Assembly (NCBI GenBank): GCA_019347695.1
Contig: JAHWKT010000002.1
Span: forward strand, 1,824-65,823
Direction of reading: 5' to 3'
DNA from: Actinomycetota bacterium
GTDB taxonomy: Bacteria > Actinomycetota > Nitriliruptoria > Euzebyales > JAHELV01
DNA length: 64,000 nt
Part shown: positions 43,422-51,410 of the stretch, piece after piece
Layout of the letters: every line of letters starts with the position of its first letter
Position numbering within the stretch: the stretch's first letter is position 1
Notes under the pieces: generated by a model
The model's database searches: none
Told to the model about the DNA's origin: nothing
Seen by the model: the letters and a program-made list of their open reading frames with translations, nothing else
Program-made: the position numbers and the translations under genes

Positions 43422-44228
43422 TCAGCTGCGCAACGCGGCATGCGCCGCTCGCTGCATGACAGCGACGGGTGCCGGTCGGCCGGTCCAGCGTTCGAACGAC
43501 GCGGCCGCCTGGGCGACCAGCATGCCCAGCCCGTCCCACGCGGACAGCCCGCGCTGGCGGGCGAGCGCGACCAGCGGCGTGGCCCGCAGGCCGTACACGA
43601 GGTCGAGGACCAGCTGATCGTCGGCGAACTGCAGGTACCGCTCGGGCAACCCCTCGCCATGCAGCCCCAGCGGGGTGGCGTTGACCAGCAGCCGCACCGC
43701 AGCACCGGGCGGCAGCTCCTGCGCGCCCGCCGCCTGCGCGAGCGCCTGCACCTGCGTCGCCTGATCGGACCGCCGGGCCTCCACCCGCACGCGCGCGCCG
43801 ATGCGACCGAGCGCCACGGCCACCGCGCGGGCCGCGCCGCCCGCACCGACCACGACCACCCCGTCAGCCGGGCGCAGACCGATGTCGTCGGTGAGCACCC
43901 GCTGCACCCCGGTGGCGTCGGTGTTGTCGGCGACCCACCGCGCGCCGTCGCGGAACAACGTGTTCGCCGCGCCGATCAGCTCGGCCTCCGGTGTGCGGTG
44001 CGGCACGTGCTCCCAGACGGCCCGTTTGTGGGGCACGGTGATGTTGGCGCCGAGCGCCCCGAGCGCCGACAGACCGTCGACCGCCGCGACCGCGTCGGTG
44101 ACCGCGCACGCCACGTACACGGCGTCGATGCCGCGCGCGGCAAACGCGGCGGTGTGCAACTGCGGCGAGATGCTGTGCGCGACGGGATCACCCAGCAGGA
44201 ACACGACCCGCGTCGCGGCTGTCGTCAC
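43422..44228 (-). CDS. aroE: shikimate dehydrogenase
   Basis: LLGDPVAHSISPQLHTAAF, NITVPHK, NTDATG, VVVGAGGAARAV. Confidence 0.92.
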   Translation of the reverse strand: MTTAATRVVFLLGDPVAHSISPQLHTAAFAARGIDAVYVACAVTDAVAAVDGLSALGALGANITVPHKRAVWEHVPHRTPEAELIGAANTLFRDGARWVADNTDATGVQRVLTDDIGLRPADGVVVVGAGGAARAVAVALGRIGARVRVEARRSDQATQVQALAQAAGAQELPPGAAVRLLVNATPLGLHGEGLPERYLQFADDQLVLDLVYGLRATPLVALARQRGLSAWDGLGMLVAQAAASFERWTGRPAPVAVMQRAAHAALRS

Positions 44229-44263
44229 GACCGACGACCTACCGCTCCGCTACATGAGGTCAT
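44225..44263 (-). other. 12-codon mini-ORF (MTSCSGAVGRRS) filling the mltG-aroE junction; junction-cassette copy E
   Basis: The ATG overlaps the mltG TGA (ATGA) and the TGA overlaps the aroE GTG (GTGA). Same 39-nt length and ATGACCTC..AGCGGAGCGGTAGGTC core as 9876-9914. Confidence 0.5.
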
Positions 44264-45315
44264 GCCGCTTCGTCGCAGTACGAGCCGCTCTGCGCGTCGC
44301 GGATCTCGCGGTACCGCGCGGCGTTGCGCTGTTGCTGCTCGAACGACGCCGAGAACGCGTGCTCGCCGGTGTCGAAGTCGCACACCACGTAGTACAGGAA
44401 GTCGGTGTCCGCCGGGTTCGCCGCCGCCTCCAGCGCCGACTGGCCCGGCGCCGCGATCGGTGTCGGCGGCAGTCCGGCCACCTCGTAGGTGTTCCACGGC
44501 GACTCGATGTCGGTGTCGCTGGTCAGCACCCGCGTGCCGGCCTCACCCTTGGCGTACAGCACGGTCGCGTCGATCTGCAGCCGCTGGTCGTCGTCGAGCC
44601 GGTTGGCGATCACAGAGCTCACGATCGGCTGCTCCTCGCGCACGCGGACCTCACGCTCGATGAGCGACGCGATGGTCAGGGTCCGGTAGTACTCGTCGGT
44701 GTCGATGTCGAGCGCGCGCAGGTTGGCGTCGGTCTCGGTGACCAGTAGGTTGAGCAGCTCCTGGGCGTTGATGTCCGCGCGGAACTCGTAGGTGTTCGGC
44801 GCGAGCAACCCCTCGAAGGGCTCCGCGTCCTTCGGTAGCTTGGCCGGCACCCACGACGGCAGCGCGACGCCCGCGAGCGCCTTGCGCAGCTGCTTGACCT
44901 TGAACGGGCTGTTGTCGGCGTCGGCAATGCGTTCCAGCGTCTGCGCGACCGTCAGGCCCTCGGGGATCGTGACCGAGAACACCTCGATGGGCTCGGCGGT
45001 CTCGGTGAGACGGTCGAGGATCTCGTCGTTGCTCATCCCCGCCCGCAGATCGTACGTCCCGGGCTGGATCTGCTGGGCGCGGGCGTCGGTCCTGACCTTG
45101 ACCTGGAAGCTGAGTGCGTTGTCGACCACACCGGCGTCGATGAGGATGTCGCCCACCTGGTCGGCGGCGGCGCCCTCGGGGATCTCGACGGTGATGACGT
45201 CGCCCGCGCCGCCCTGTGCGTTGCCGTCGCCGGCCTGCAGCAGCACATACAGGATGCCGCCCATGATCGACAGCATCACGAGCGCGAAGACCTTCGATCC
45301 GGTTGACAGAGCCAT
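44260..45315 (-). CDS. mltG: endolytic murein transglycosylase MltG (YceG family)
   Basis: N-terminal TM, TIPEGLT, ASLIEREV, NTY..GLPP..I..PG motifs. Conserved position between ruvX and aroE. Confidence 0.9.
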   Translation of the reverse strand: MALSTGSKVFALVMLSIMGGILYVLLQAGDGNAQGGAGDVITVEIPEGAAADQVGDILIDAGVVDNALSFQVKVRTDARAQQIQPGTYDLRAGMSNDEILDRLTETAEPIEVFSVTIPEGLTVAQTLERIADADNSPFKVKQLRKALAGVALPSWVPAKLPKDAEPFEGLLAPNTYEFRADINAQELLNLLVTETDANLRALDIDTDEYYRTLTIASLIEREVRVREEQPIVSSVIANRLDDDQRLQIDATVLYAKGEAGTRVLTSDTDIESPWNTYEVAGLPPTPIAAPGQSALEAAANPADTDFLYYVVCDFDTGEHAFSASFEQQQRNAARYREIRDAQSGSYCDEAA

Positions 45316-45348
45316 TCGTGTCCTGGTAGGTCCTCGCGGTCCGCGCGC

Positions 45349-45783
45349 TCACCGCACCGCGTCGGCGTGCAGCCACGACTGTAGGATGATGGCTGCGGCG
45401 ACGCGGTCACGCGCAGCCCTGCGTTCTGTCCGCCGCTGGCCGGCGCCGATCAGCATCCGCTCCGCTTCGACCGAACTCAGCCGCTCGTCCCACATGTGAA
45501 CATCGACGTCGCCGGCCAGCCGAAGCGCCGCCGCAACGCGGCGCGCGTTGGTCGCACCAGAGGTCTCGTTACCGGATAACGCGCGCGGTAAACCGATGAC
45601 AACGGTGTCCGCGCCGACCTCGACGGCCACGCGGGCGATCTCGGCCGCAATGGTCTGCGCCCAGTCGTCGGCCTCGGTGTCACCCGCCGGCAACGTGCCG
45701 TGGGGGCTGGCGATCAGCTTCGACGGGTCGGTCAGCGCCAACCCGATCCGTACAGTGCCCAGATCGACACCCAGCGCCCGCAT
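45349..45783 (-). CDS. ruvX: Holliday junction resolvase-like RuvX (YqgF)
   Basis: ALGVDLGTVRIGLALTD, VVIGLPRALSG, DERLSSVEAER. The ATG directly follows the alaS TAG. Confidence 0.92.
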   Translation of the reverse strand: MRALGVDLGTVRIGLALTDPSKLIASPHGTLPAGDTEADDWAQTIAAEIARVAVEVGADTVVIGLPRALSGNETSGATNARRVAAALRLAGDVDVHMWDERLSSVEAERMLIGAGQRRTERRAARDRVAAAIILQSWLHADAVR

Positions 45784-48459
45784 CTACCGATCCCCGCCCA
45801 CCGGCTCGCTGCGCTCGCCCTCTCCCGACAGGCTCACCACGAGCTCGCGGGCCGTGCGACGGCACGCGTCGAGCGCCTGCGACAGCTGCGCGCCGTCGCG
45901 CCCGCCGGCCTGGGCGACCTCGCCGCGTCCCCCGGCGCCGCCACCGACCAGCCGCGCGCCGGGCTGCAGGACCTCCCGTGCCTCGAGGCCGCGCGCGACC
46001 AGCTCGGCGCTGACGGCGGCGACCAGCTGCGCCTTGCCGTCGTCGGTCACGTCGCCGAGCACGACGACGGACTCGCCGAGGCGCTGGCGCAGATCGAGCG
46101 CGAGCGTCTTGAGCCCATCACGGTCGGCGCCTTGCACCGCCGCGGCGAGCACCTGCGCGCCGTCGACCCGCTCCGCGCTGTCGGCGATCTGGCCGGCCGC
46201 CGACAGCAGCGCCTGCTGCCGCGACCGCGCCAGCTCCTTCTCGGTGGCGCGCAACCGGTCGACGAGTCCGGCGACACGGTCGACCACCTCGTCGGTCGAG
46301 ACCTTCAGCAGCTGCGCCACCTGCTCGGCCACCAGTCGTTCCCGCGCCAGGTGGCGCAGCGCCTCGGGGCCGGTCAGCGCCTCGATCCGGCGCAGGTTCG
46401 CCGCGATCGAGCCCTCCGACAGGATCGAGAACACGCCGATGTCCGGCGTGCGCTCGACGTGCGTGCCGCCGCACAGCTCCACCGAGAAGTCGCCGATCCG
46501 CACCACCCGCACGACCTCGCCGTACTTCTCACCGAACAGCGCGGTCGCACCGATGCGCCGCGCCTCGGCCTGGGACATCACGGCGGTCGAGATCTCGGGC
46601 GCCGCCACGATCCGCTCGTTGACCCTCCCCTCGACGTGCTCGAGCTGATCCGCCGACACGGCCGAGAAGTGGGGGAAGTCGAACCGGAACCTGCCCGCGT
46701 CGATCGCTGAGCCGGCCTGCGCGGCGTGGTCGCCGAGCTCGTCCTTCAGCGTCGCGTGCAGGATGTGGGTCGCGGTGTGCCCGCGGGTGATCGACGCGCG
46801 ACGCGCGACGTCGATCTGAGCGTGCGCCTCCTGGCCCACCTCGACCTCGCCGGCCCCGACCCGCGCGCGATGCACGATCAACCCGTCGAACGGCTCGACG
46901 GTGTCGGTGACCACCAGGCGCCCGGTCGGGGTCTCGATGATTCCGTGATCGCCTAGCTGGCCCCCGCCCTCGGCGTAGAAGGGGGTCACCCGGAGCACGA
47001 CCTCGACCTCGTCGCCCTCCTGCGCGCGCGCGACGCCGCCGACGCGGTCGAACAGCGCGGCGACCGACGCGTCGGCGGCGCTGCGGTCGTACCCGACGAA
47101 CTCGACCACGCCGTCCTTCGCGACGCGACGGTACGCGTCGATGTCCGGACCGTCGCTGTCGCCGCGCTTGGCGGCCGACCGCGCCCGCTGCCGCTGCGCC
47201 TCCATCTCGGCGGCGAACACGTCACGGTCGAGCGTCAGGTCCTTCTCGGCGGCGATCTCGAGCGTCAGCTCGACGGGGAACCCGTAGGTGTCGTGCAGCT
47301 TGAACGCCGTCGAACCCGACAGCTGCCGCTCGCCACGGCGCTTCGTCTCGTCGATCGCCGTCGACAACAGGTTCATCCCGGTGCGCAGCGTGCGGCCGAA
47401 GCTGTCCTCCTCGGCCGCCGCGACACGTGTGGTCAGCTCGCGCTGGGTGACCAGGTCCGGCCACGCCGGTCCGAGCGTGTCGATCACCGCGGTCATCATC
47501 TCGGGCAGCACCGGGCGGTCCGAGCCGAGCAGCCGCAGGTGACGCACCGCGCGGCGCAGCAGCCGCCGCAGGATGTAGCCGCGCGCCTCGTTCGACGGCA
47601 GCACACCATCGGCGATCAGGAACGACGCGCTGCGCGCGTGCTCGGCGATCACCCGCAGGCTGATGTCCGAGCGCTCCTGGGCGCCGTACCCGACACCGGT
47701 GAGGTCCACGGCACGGTCGATCATCGGCCGGATCACGTCGGTCTCGTAGACGTTCGGCACGTCCTGGAGCAGCATCGCCAGGCGCTCAAAACCCATTCCG
47801 GTGTCGACGTTCCTGTTCGGCAGATCGGCGACGACGTTGCCGTCGTCGTCCTGCACGTATTGCATGAACACCAGGTTCCAGAACTCCAGGAACCGTGACT
47901 CGTCGACCACGGGCCCGCCGTCGGGACCGTGCTCGGGCCCGCGGTCGTAGAAGATCTCGCTGCACGGTCCGCACGGACCCGCAACGCCCATGTCCCAGTA
48001 GTTGTCCTCCTTGCCGCGGCGCTGCACACGCTCGGGCGGGACGGCGGTCTGCTCGACCCACAGCTCGAAGGCCTCATCGTCGTCGAGGTACACGGTGGCC
48101 CACAGCCGCTCGGGGTCGAAGCCGAACCCCTCGGTGGACAGTTCATACGCCCAGCGGATCGCGTCGGCCTTGAAGTAGTCGCCGAAGCTGAAGTTGCCGA
48201 GCATCTCGAAGAACGTGAGGTGCCTCGTCGTGTGCCCGACGTTCTCGATGTCCAGGGTCCGCGCGCACTTCTGGATGCTCACCGCTCGCGGTGTCTCTGG
48301 GGTGGCCTCACCGAGAAAGTAGGGCTTGAACGGCACCATGCCCGCGACCGTGAGCAGCAGCGTCGGATCGCTGGGGATCAGCGACGCCGACGGCCAGACC
48401 CGATGGTCACGCTCGGCGAAGAAGTCGAGGAACGTCGCGCGGATCTCATCCGACCGCAT
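45784..48459 (-). CDS. alaS: alanine--tRNA ligase
   Basis: MRSDEIRATFLDFFAERDHR, FTVAGMVPFKPYF, editing-domain HTATHILH, C-Ala domain. The last ~13 codons (GEGERSEPVGGDR) come from the G-rich repeat. Confidence 0.95.
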   Translation of the reverse strand: MRSDEIRATFLDFFAERDHRVWPSASLIPSDPTLLLTVAGMVPFKPYFLGEATPETPRAVSIQKCARTLDIENVGHTTRHLTFFEMLGNFSFGDYFKADAIRWAYELSTEGFGFDPERLWATVYLDDDEAFELWVEQTAVPPERVQRRGKEDNYWDMGVAGPCGPCSEIFYDRGPEHGPDGGPVVDESRFLEFWNLVFMQYVQDDDGNVVADLPNRNVDTGMGFERLAMLLQDVPNVYETDVIRPMIDRAVDLTGVGYGAQERSDISLRVIAEHARSASFLIADGVLPSNEARGYILRRLLRRAVRHLRLLGSDRPVLPEMMTAVIDTLGPAWPDLVTQRELTTRVAAAEEDSFGRTLRTGMNLLSTAIDETKRRGERQLSGSTAFKLHDTYGFPVELTLEIAAEKDLTLDRDVFAAEMEAQRQRARSAAKRGDSDGPDIDAYRRVAKDGVVEFVGYDRSAADASVAALFDRVGGVARAQEGDEVEVVLRVTPFYAEGGGQLGDHGIIETPTGRLVVTDTVEPFDGLIVHRARVGAGEVEVGQEAHAQIDVARRASITRGHTATHILHATLKDELGDHAAQAGSAIDAGRFRFDFPHFSAVSADQLEHVEGRVNERIVAAPEISTAVMSQAEARRIGATALFGEKYGEVVRVVRIGDFSVELCGGTHVERTPDIGVFSILSEGSIAANLRRIEALTGPEALRHLARERLVAEQVAQLLKVSTDEVVDRVAGLVDRLRATEKELARSRQQALLSAAGQIADSAERVDGAQVLAAAVQGADRDGLKTLALDLRQRLGESVVVLGDVTDDGKAQLVAAVSAELVARGLEAREVLQPGARLVGGGAGGRGEVAQAGGRDGAQLSQALDACRRTARELVVSLSGEGERSEPVGGDR
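45791..45827 (-). repeat. third copy of the carB G-rich repeat, forming the 3' end of alaS
   Basis: tccccgcccaccggctcgctg-cgctcgccctctcccg versus the carB unit: about 36/39 identical with one 1-nt gap, which changes the encoded peptide frame. Confidence 0.85.
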
Positions 48460-48709
48460 CGTCGCTCACTCCCCTGCCGTCGAGGTACATCGCCCGCAGC
48501 TCGGCCTCCCGTGCATCTGCGGCCGCACGGCCGATCTCGACCGCTTCGGCCAGCCGGGCGCCAACGCCAGACGCCCGCTCGCCAGCGCGCGACACCAGCG
48601 CGTCGGGTGCCAGCTGCTGGCCCGCCCACTCGAGCTTGCGGATGGTCCACACGCCCAGGGCGACACCCGCGCCGAGGCCGACGACGGCGAAGAACATCCG
48701 AGAGAACAT
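48446..48709 (-). CDS. small membrane protein (DUF6167-like)
   Basis: N-terminal TM FFAVVGLGAGVALGVW followed by an Ala/Arg-rich helix. Lies upstream of alaS, as in many actinobacteria. Confidence 0.6.
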   Translation of the reverse strand: MFSRMFFAVVGLGAGVALGVWTIRKLEWAGQQLAPDALVSRAGERASGVGARLAEAVEIGRAAADAREAELRAMYLDGRGVSDDAVG

Positions 48710-48739
48710 GCTGGTTCCTTGCGCGTGGACTGGGGTGGG

Positions 48740-49174
48740 TCACGTGACCTTGCGGGCCGCCTTGGCGGCCGCGCGGGTGCCGGTCACGAACGCGATGCCC
48801 TTGATCAACGGATTGGCCACCGCCGCCTGCAGCACCCCGGCCACGCCCTCGGCCCGGTACGAGATCTGTTGCACGCTTGCCACGATGGTATCGATCCGCG
48901 CAAGCTCGGTGTTCACGCCCGCCACGGTCTCGTTGACGCTGCCCAGCAGCGGTACCGTCTCCTCCGTGATCTGCTTGACCGACGTGGTCAGCTGCTGCAC
49001 GGTGGTCACGAGGTTCGCGAGCAGTGCGAGCACACCGACCATTGCCGCGCCGAACCCGACCGCCGCGACGATGGCCGCGACCCCTACGTAGCTCGCGTCG
49101 TACGCGAGGCCGATGGCGACGAAGATCGCCGCGACGACCGCAACGATCACTCCAATGGTCAACGAGCTGCGCAA
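48740..49174 (-). CDS. DUF948-domain membrane protein
   Basis: Two N-terminal TM helices, then VQQLTTSVKQITEETVPLLGSVNETVAGVNTELARIDTI..., the DUF948 pattern. Confidence 0.7.
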   Translation of the reverse strand: MRSSLTIGVIVAVVAAIFVAIGLAYDASYVGVAAIVAAVGFGAAMVGVLALLANLVTTVQQLTTSVKQITEETVPLLGSVNETVAGVNTELARIDTIVASVQQISYRAEGVAGVLQAAVANPLIKGIAFVTGTRAAAKAARKVT

Positions 49175-49242
49175 TGGTCTGCCTTTCCGATGGTGCGGTC
49201 GGCCGCAGTCGCGAGGTGGCGGCGAGTCCGCAGCCTAGACGG

Positions 49243-49710
49243 TCACGCGCTGATGCGCGCATCGTCGACCGACGCCGGGCGCAGTTCGGCCGCCGGCAGC
49301 CGCAACGCCGGCTCGACGGGATGCGTCAGCCACTCGTCGCGGGCGAGCACCCGACGGCCCGTGCGCGACAGCTGACGAATCACTCCGTCCTCGTCGCAGG
49401 CCCACACCGCACCGGCGCCGGCGCCGAGCCATGCGGCTGCGGTGAGGGGGCCGCCGAGGGACACGACGAGCATCGGCGCGCGGGTGAGCACTCCGTCCTC
49501 GGGTGGCGGGGCGCCGAGGAGCACGCCGACATCAGGCCGGTACCACCGCCCGCGGCAGCGGACGGTCAGCTCGATGCTGACCAGGCCCCCGAGCACATGG
49601 GTCACCGGGCGCAACTGGCGCGCGATGCGGGCCGCACGCAGCCGCCGCTCGCCGTCGCGTCGCCAGGACGGTCCGTGCACTGGTTCACCGGGTAGGGGCC
49701 GACGCGCCAT
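49243..49710 (-). CDS. hypothetical protein, weak Uma2/DUF820 (restriction-endonuclease-like) resemblance
   Basis: YRPDVGVL..APMLVVSL...GAGAVWACDEDG is reminiscent of the PD-(D/E)xK Uma2 layout, but the Glu/Lys positions are not conserved. Confidence 0.35.
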   Translation of the reverse strand: MARRPLPGEPVHGPSWRRDGERRLRAARIARQLRPVTHVLGGLVSIELTVRCRGRWYRPDVGVLLGAPPPEDGVLTRAPMLVVSLGGPLTAAAWLGAGAGAVWACDEDGVIRQLSRTGRRVLARDEWLTHPVEPALRLPAAELRPASVDDARISA

Positions 49711-49817
49711 GGTTGCCTCCGCATGAGATGAAAGGCAATCATATGCACTTCGCGACAGTGCGAGTACACCGCTGTGGACAGGGCCGCATCGACTGCACTG
49801 ATACGCCCGGACGTGGG

Positions 49818-51248
49818 CTACAGCCGGCGGGTCAGCATCACCCAGATCGTGCGCAGCTGGATCTGCAGGTCGAGCACCGGCGACCAGTTCACGAGATACT
49901 GCAAGTCATACCCGAGCTTGTACTCGGGATCGGTGTGGTACCGGCCGTGGACCTGCGCGAGCCCGGTGAGACCCGGCGGGATCTCGTGGCGCCGGTCGTA
50001 GCCGGGGATCACGACCTCGAACTGCTCGGTGAGCTCGGGGCGCTCCGGACGTGGCCCCACGATCGACATCTCACCGCGGATCACGTTCCACAGGTTGGGC
50101 AGCTCATCAAGTCGGGTGCGCCGGAGCCACCGCAACGACGGCACGACCCGGTGGTCGGCGGACGACGCGAGCCGCGGCCGCCCGTCGGCCTCGGCGTCCG
50201 AGCGCATCGTGCGGAACTTGACCATGTTGAACGGTCGGCCGTCCATGCCGACCCGACGCTGCCGGAACAGCACGGGCCGGCCGGCGGTGACCAGCACGTA
50301 CAGCGCGATGAAGGTCATGACCGGCAGCCACACCGGCACTGTCACCACCAGCTCGAGCAGCTCGATCGTCCGCTTGAAGCGGGCGCGCGACGGCGGCAGT
50401 GCCGAGTGACCGAGCACCACGAACGGCAGGCCCGCAACCTCGCGGACCCCGCTGAGCCCCAGCAGGGTGTCCTGCGCCGAGATCCGCCGCAGCACGTTGA
50501 CGCCCAGCTGCTCCAGCGTCGACAGGGGCTCCGGGTAGGCGTCGTCGATCATGCGCGAGGTCACGACCAGCACGTCGGTAGCTCCGGTCCGCTGCTGCAA
50601 CGCCGGCAGGCCGGCGACGTTGGACGTGGTGCCCACGATCTTGGCAAACCCGTGGACGTCGTCAAGGTGTTCGCGGGCGAGGTTGACGTCGTCGGGTACG
50701 CCCACCAGCAGCACCTTGGGTGGTCCCTCCCGCCGGTCGCGCATGGCGCGTGAGATCCTCCGGTTGCCGGCTAGACCTAGCGCCACCAGGATCGGTACGA
50801 CCGCCAGGTTGGGGCGCGGGAGAACGTTGATCTGGGTCGCGAACTGCACCAAGGCTACGAGGAGCATCGCCCCGATCGCCATGCTGACGATGCGCGGCAG
50901 CACGGGGCGGCTGCCCAACCGCTGCTCACGCTCATACAGCCCACTGAAGTAGAAGCTCACGAAGTGGAGCACCAGCGCGATGAGGTAACCGACCACGTAG
51001 TAGCTCAATGGCCACGGGTTGCGAAGCTGACCAGTCAGCACGTAGACCGCCATCGGCAGCACGAGCGCACCGATGATCACCACCGCGTCCGCCGCCATCA
51101 GCAGGCGGAAGCCATGCGCGTTCAGCCGACCGAGCAAGGGCAGGTCGGGAACGTGGTCCACGCGCACGTCGTCGGGCGCTGGCCGCGTGTCACGGGTCGA
51201 GCTCATCGAGTGCCCAGTATGGCGCACGACCGGTGAGATCCGCGACAC
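49818..51248 (-). CDS. polyprenyl-phosphate glycosyl-phosphotransferase (WbaP/sugar transferase family)
   Basis: Multiple N-terminal TM segments and a C-terminal catalytic block FRQRRVGMDGRPFNMVKFRTM...DELPNLWNVIRGEMSIVGPRP. Confidence 0.88.
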   Translation of the reverse strand: MSRISPVVRHTGHSMSSTRDTRPAPDDVRVDHVPDLPLLGRLNAHGFRLLMAADAVVIIGALVLPMAVYVLTGQLRNPWPLSYYVVGYLIALVLHFVSFYFSGLYEREQRLGSRPVLPRIVSMAIGAMLLVALVQFATQINVLPRPNLAVVPILVALGLAGNRRISRAMRDRREGPPKVLLVGVPDDVNLAREHLDDVHGFAKIVGTTSNVAGLPALQQRTGATDVLVVTSRMIDDAYPEPLSTLEQLGVNVLRRISAQDTLLGLSGVREVAGLPFVVLGHSALPPSRARFKRTIELLELVVTVPVWLPVMTFIALYVLVTAGRPVLFRQRRVGMDGRPFNMVKFRTMRSDAEADGRPRLASSADHRVVPSLRWLRRTRLDELPNLWNVIRGEMSIVGPRPERPELTEQFEVVIPGYDRRHEIPPGLTGLAQVHGRYHTDPEYKLGYDLQYLVNWSPVLDLQIQLRTIWVMLTRRL

Positions 51249-51312
51249 CCCGGGCGGTGGCCGAACCGGCAGTGTGCACTTGAGCCCTCAACCCGGCGTC
51301 GGACATCGAGCC

Positions 51313-51350
51313 GTGGAGGCCAGTCATCGTATCCGGTGACTGGCCTCCAC
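51313..51350 (-). terminator. strong hairpin downstream of aspS
   Basis: 14-bp perfect stem GTGGAGGCCAGTCA / TGACTGGCCTCCAC with a 10-nt loop, 60 nt after the aspS stop. No clear U-tract. Confidence 0.5.
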
Positions 51351-51410
51351 ACCTCGGGTCGGCGCGCGTCGGGTCGGCGGGCCTCAGCCCGGCGCGCGTA
51401 GCGGCGAGGC

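Noticed and set aside
42930-44663. 577-aa plus-strand ORF across vapBC2, aroE and mltG
   Set aside because: Antisense shadow ORF. Three well-supported minus-strand genes occupy the interval.
45321-45335. Reverse-orientation occurrences of the cassette core (GGTAGGTC on the plus strand here and at 58933-58941)
   Set aside because: Only the 8-nt core matches and it is on the opposite strand relative to the genes. This is too short to distinguish from chance in GC-rich DNA.
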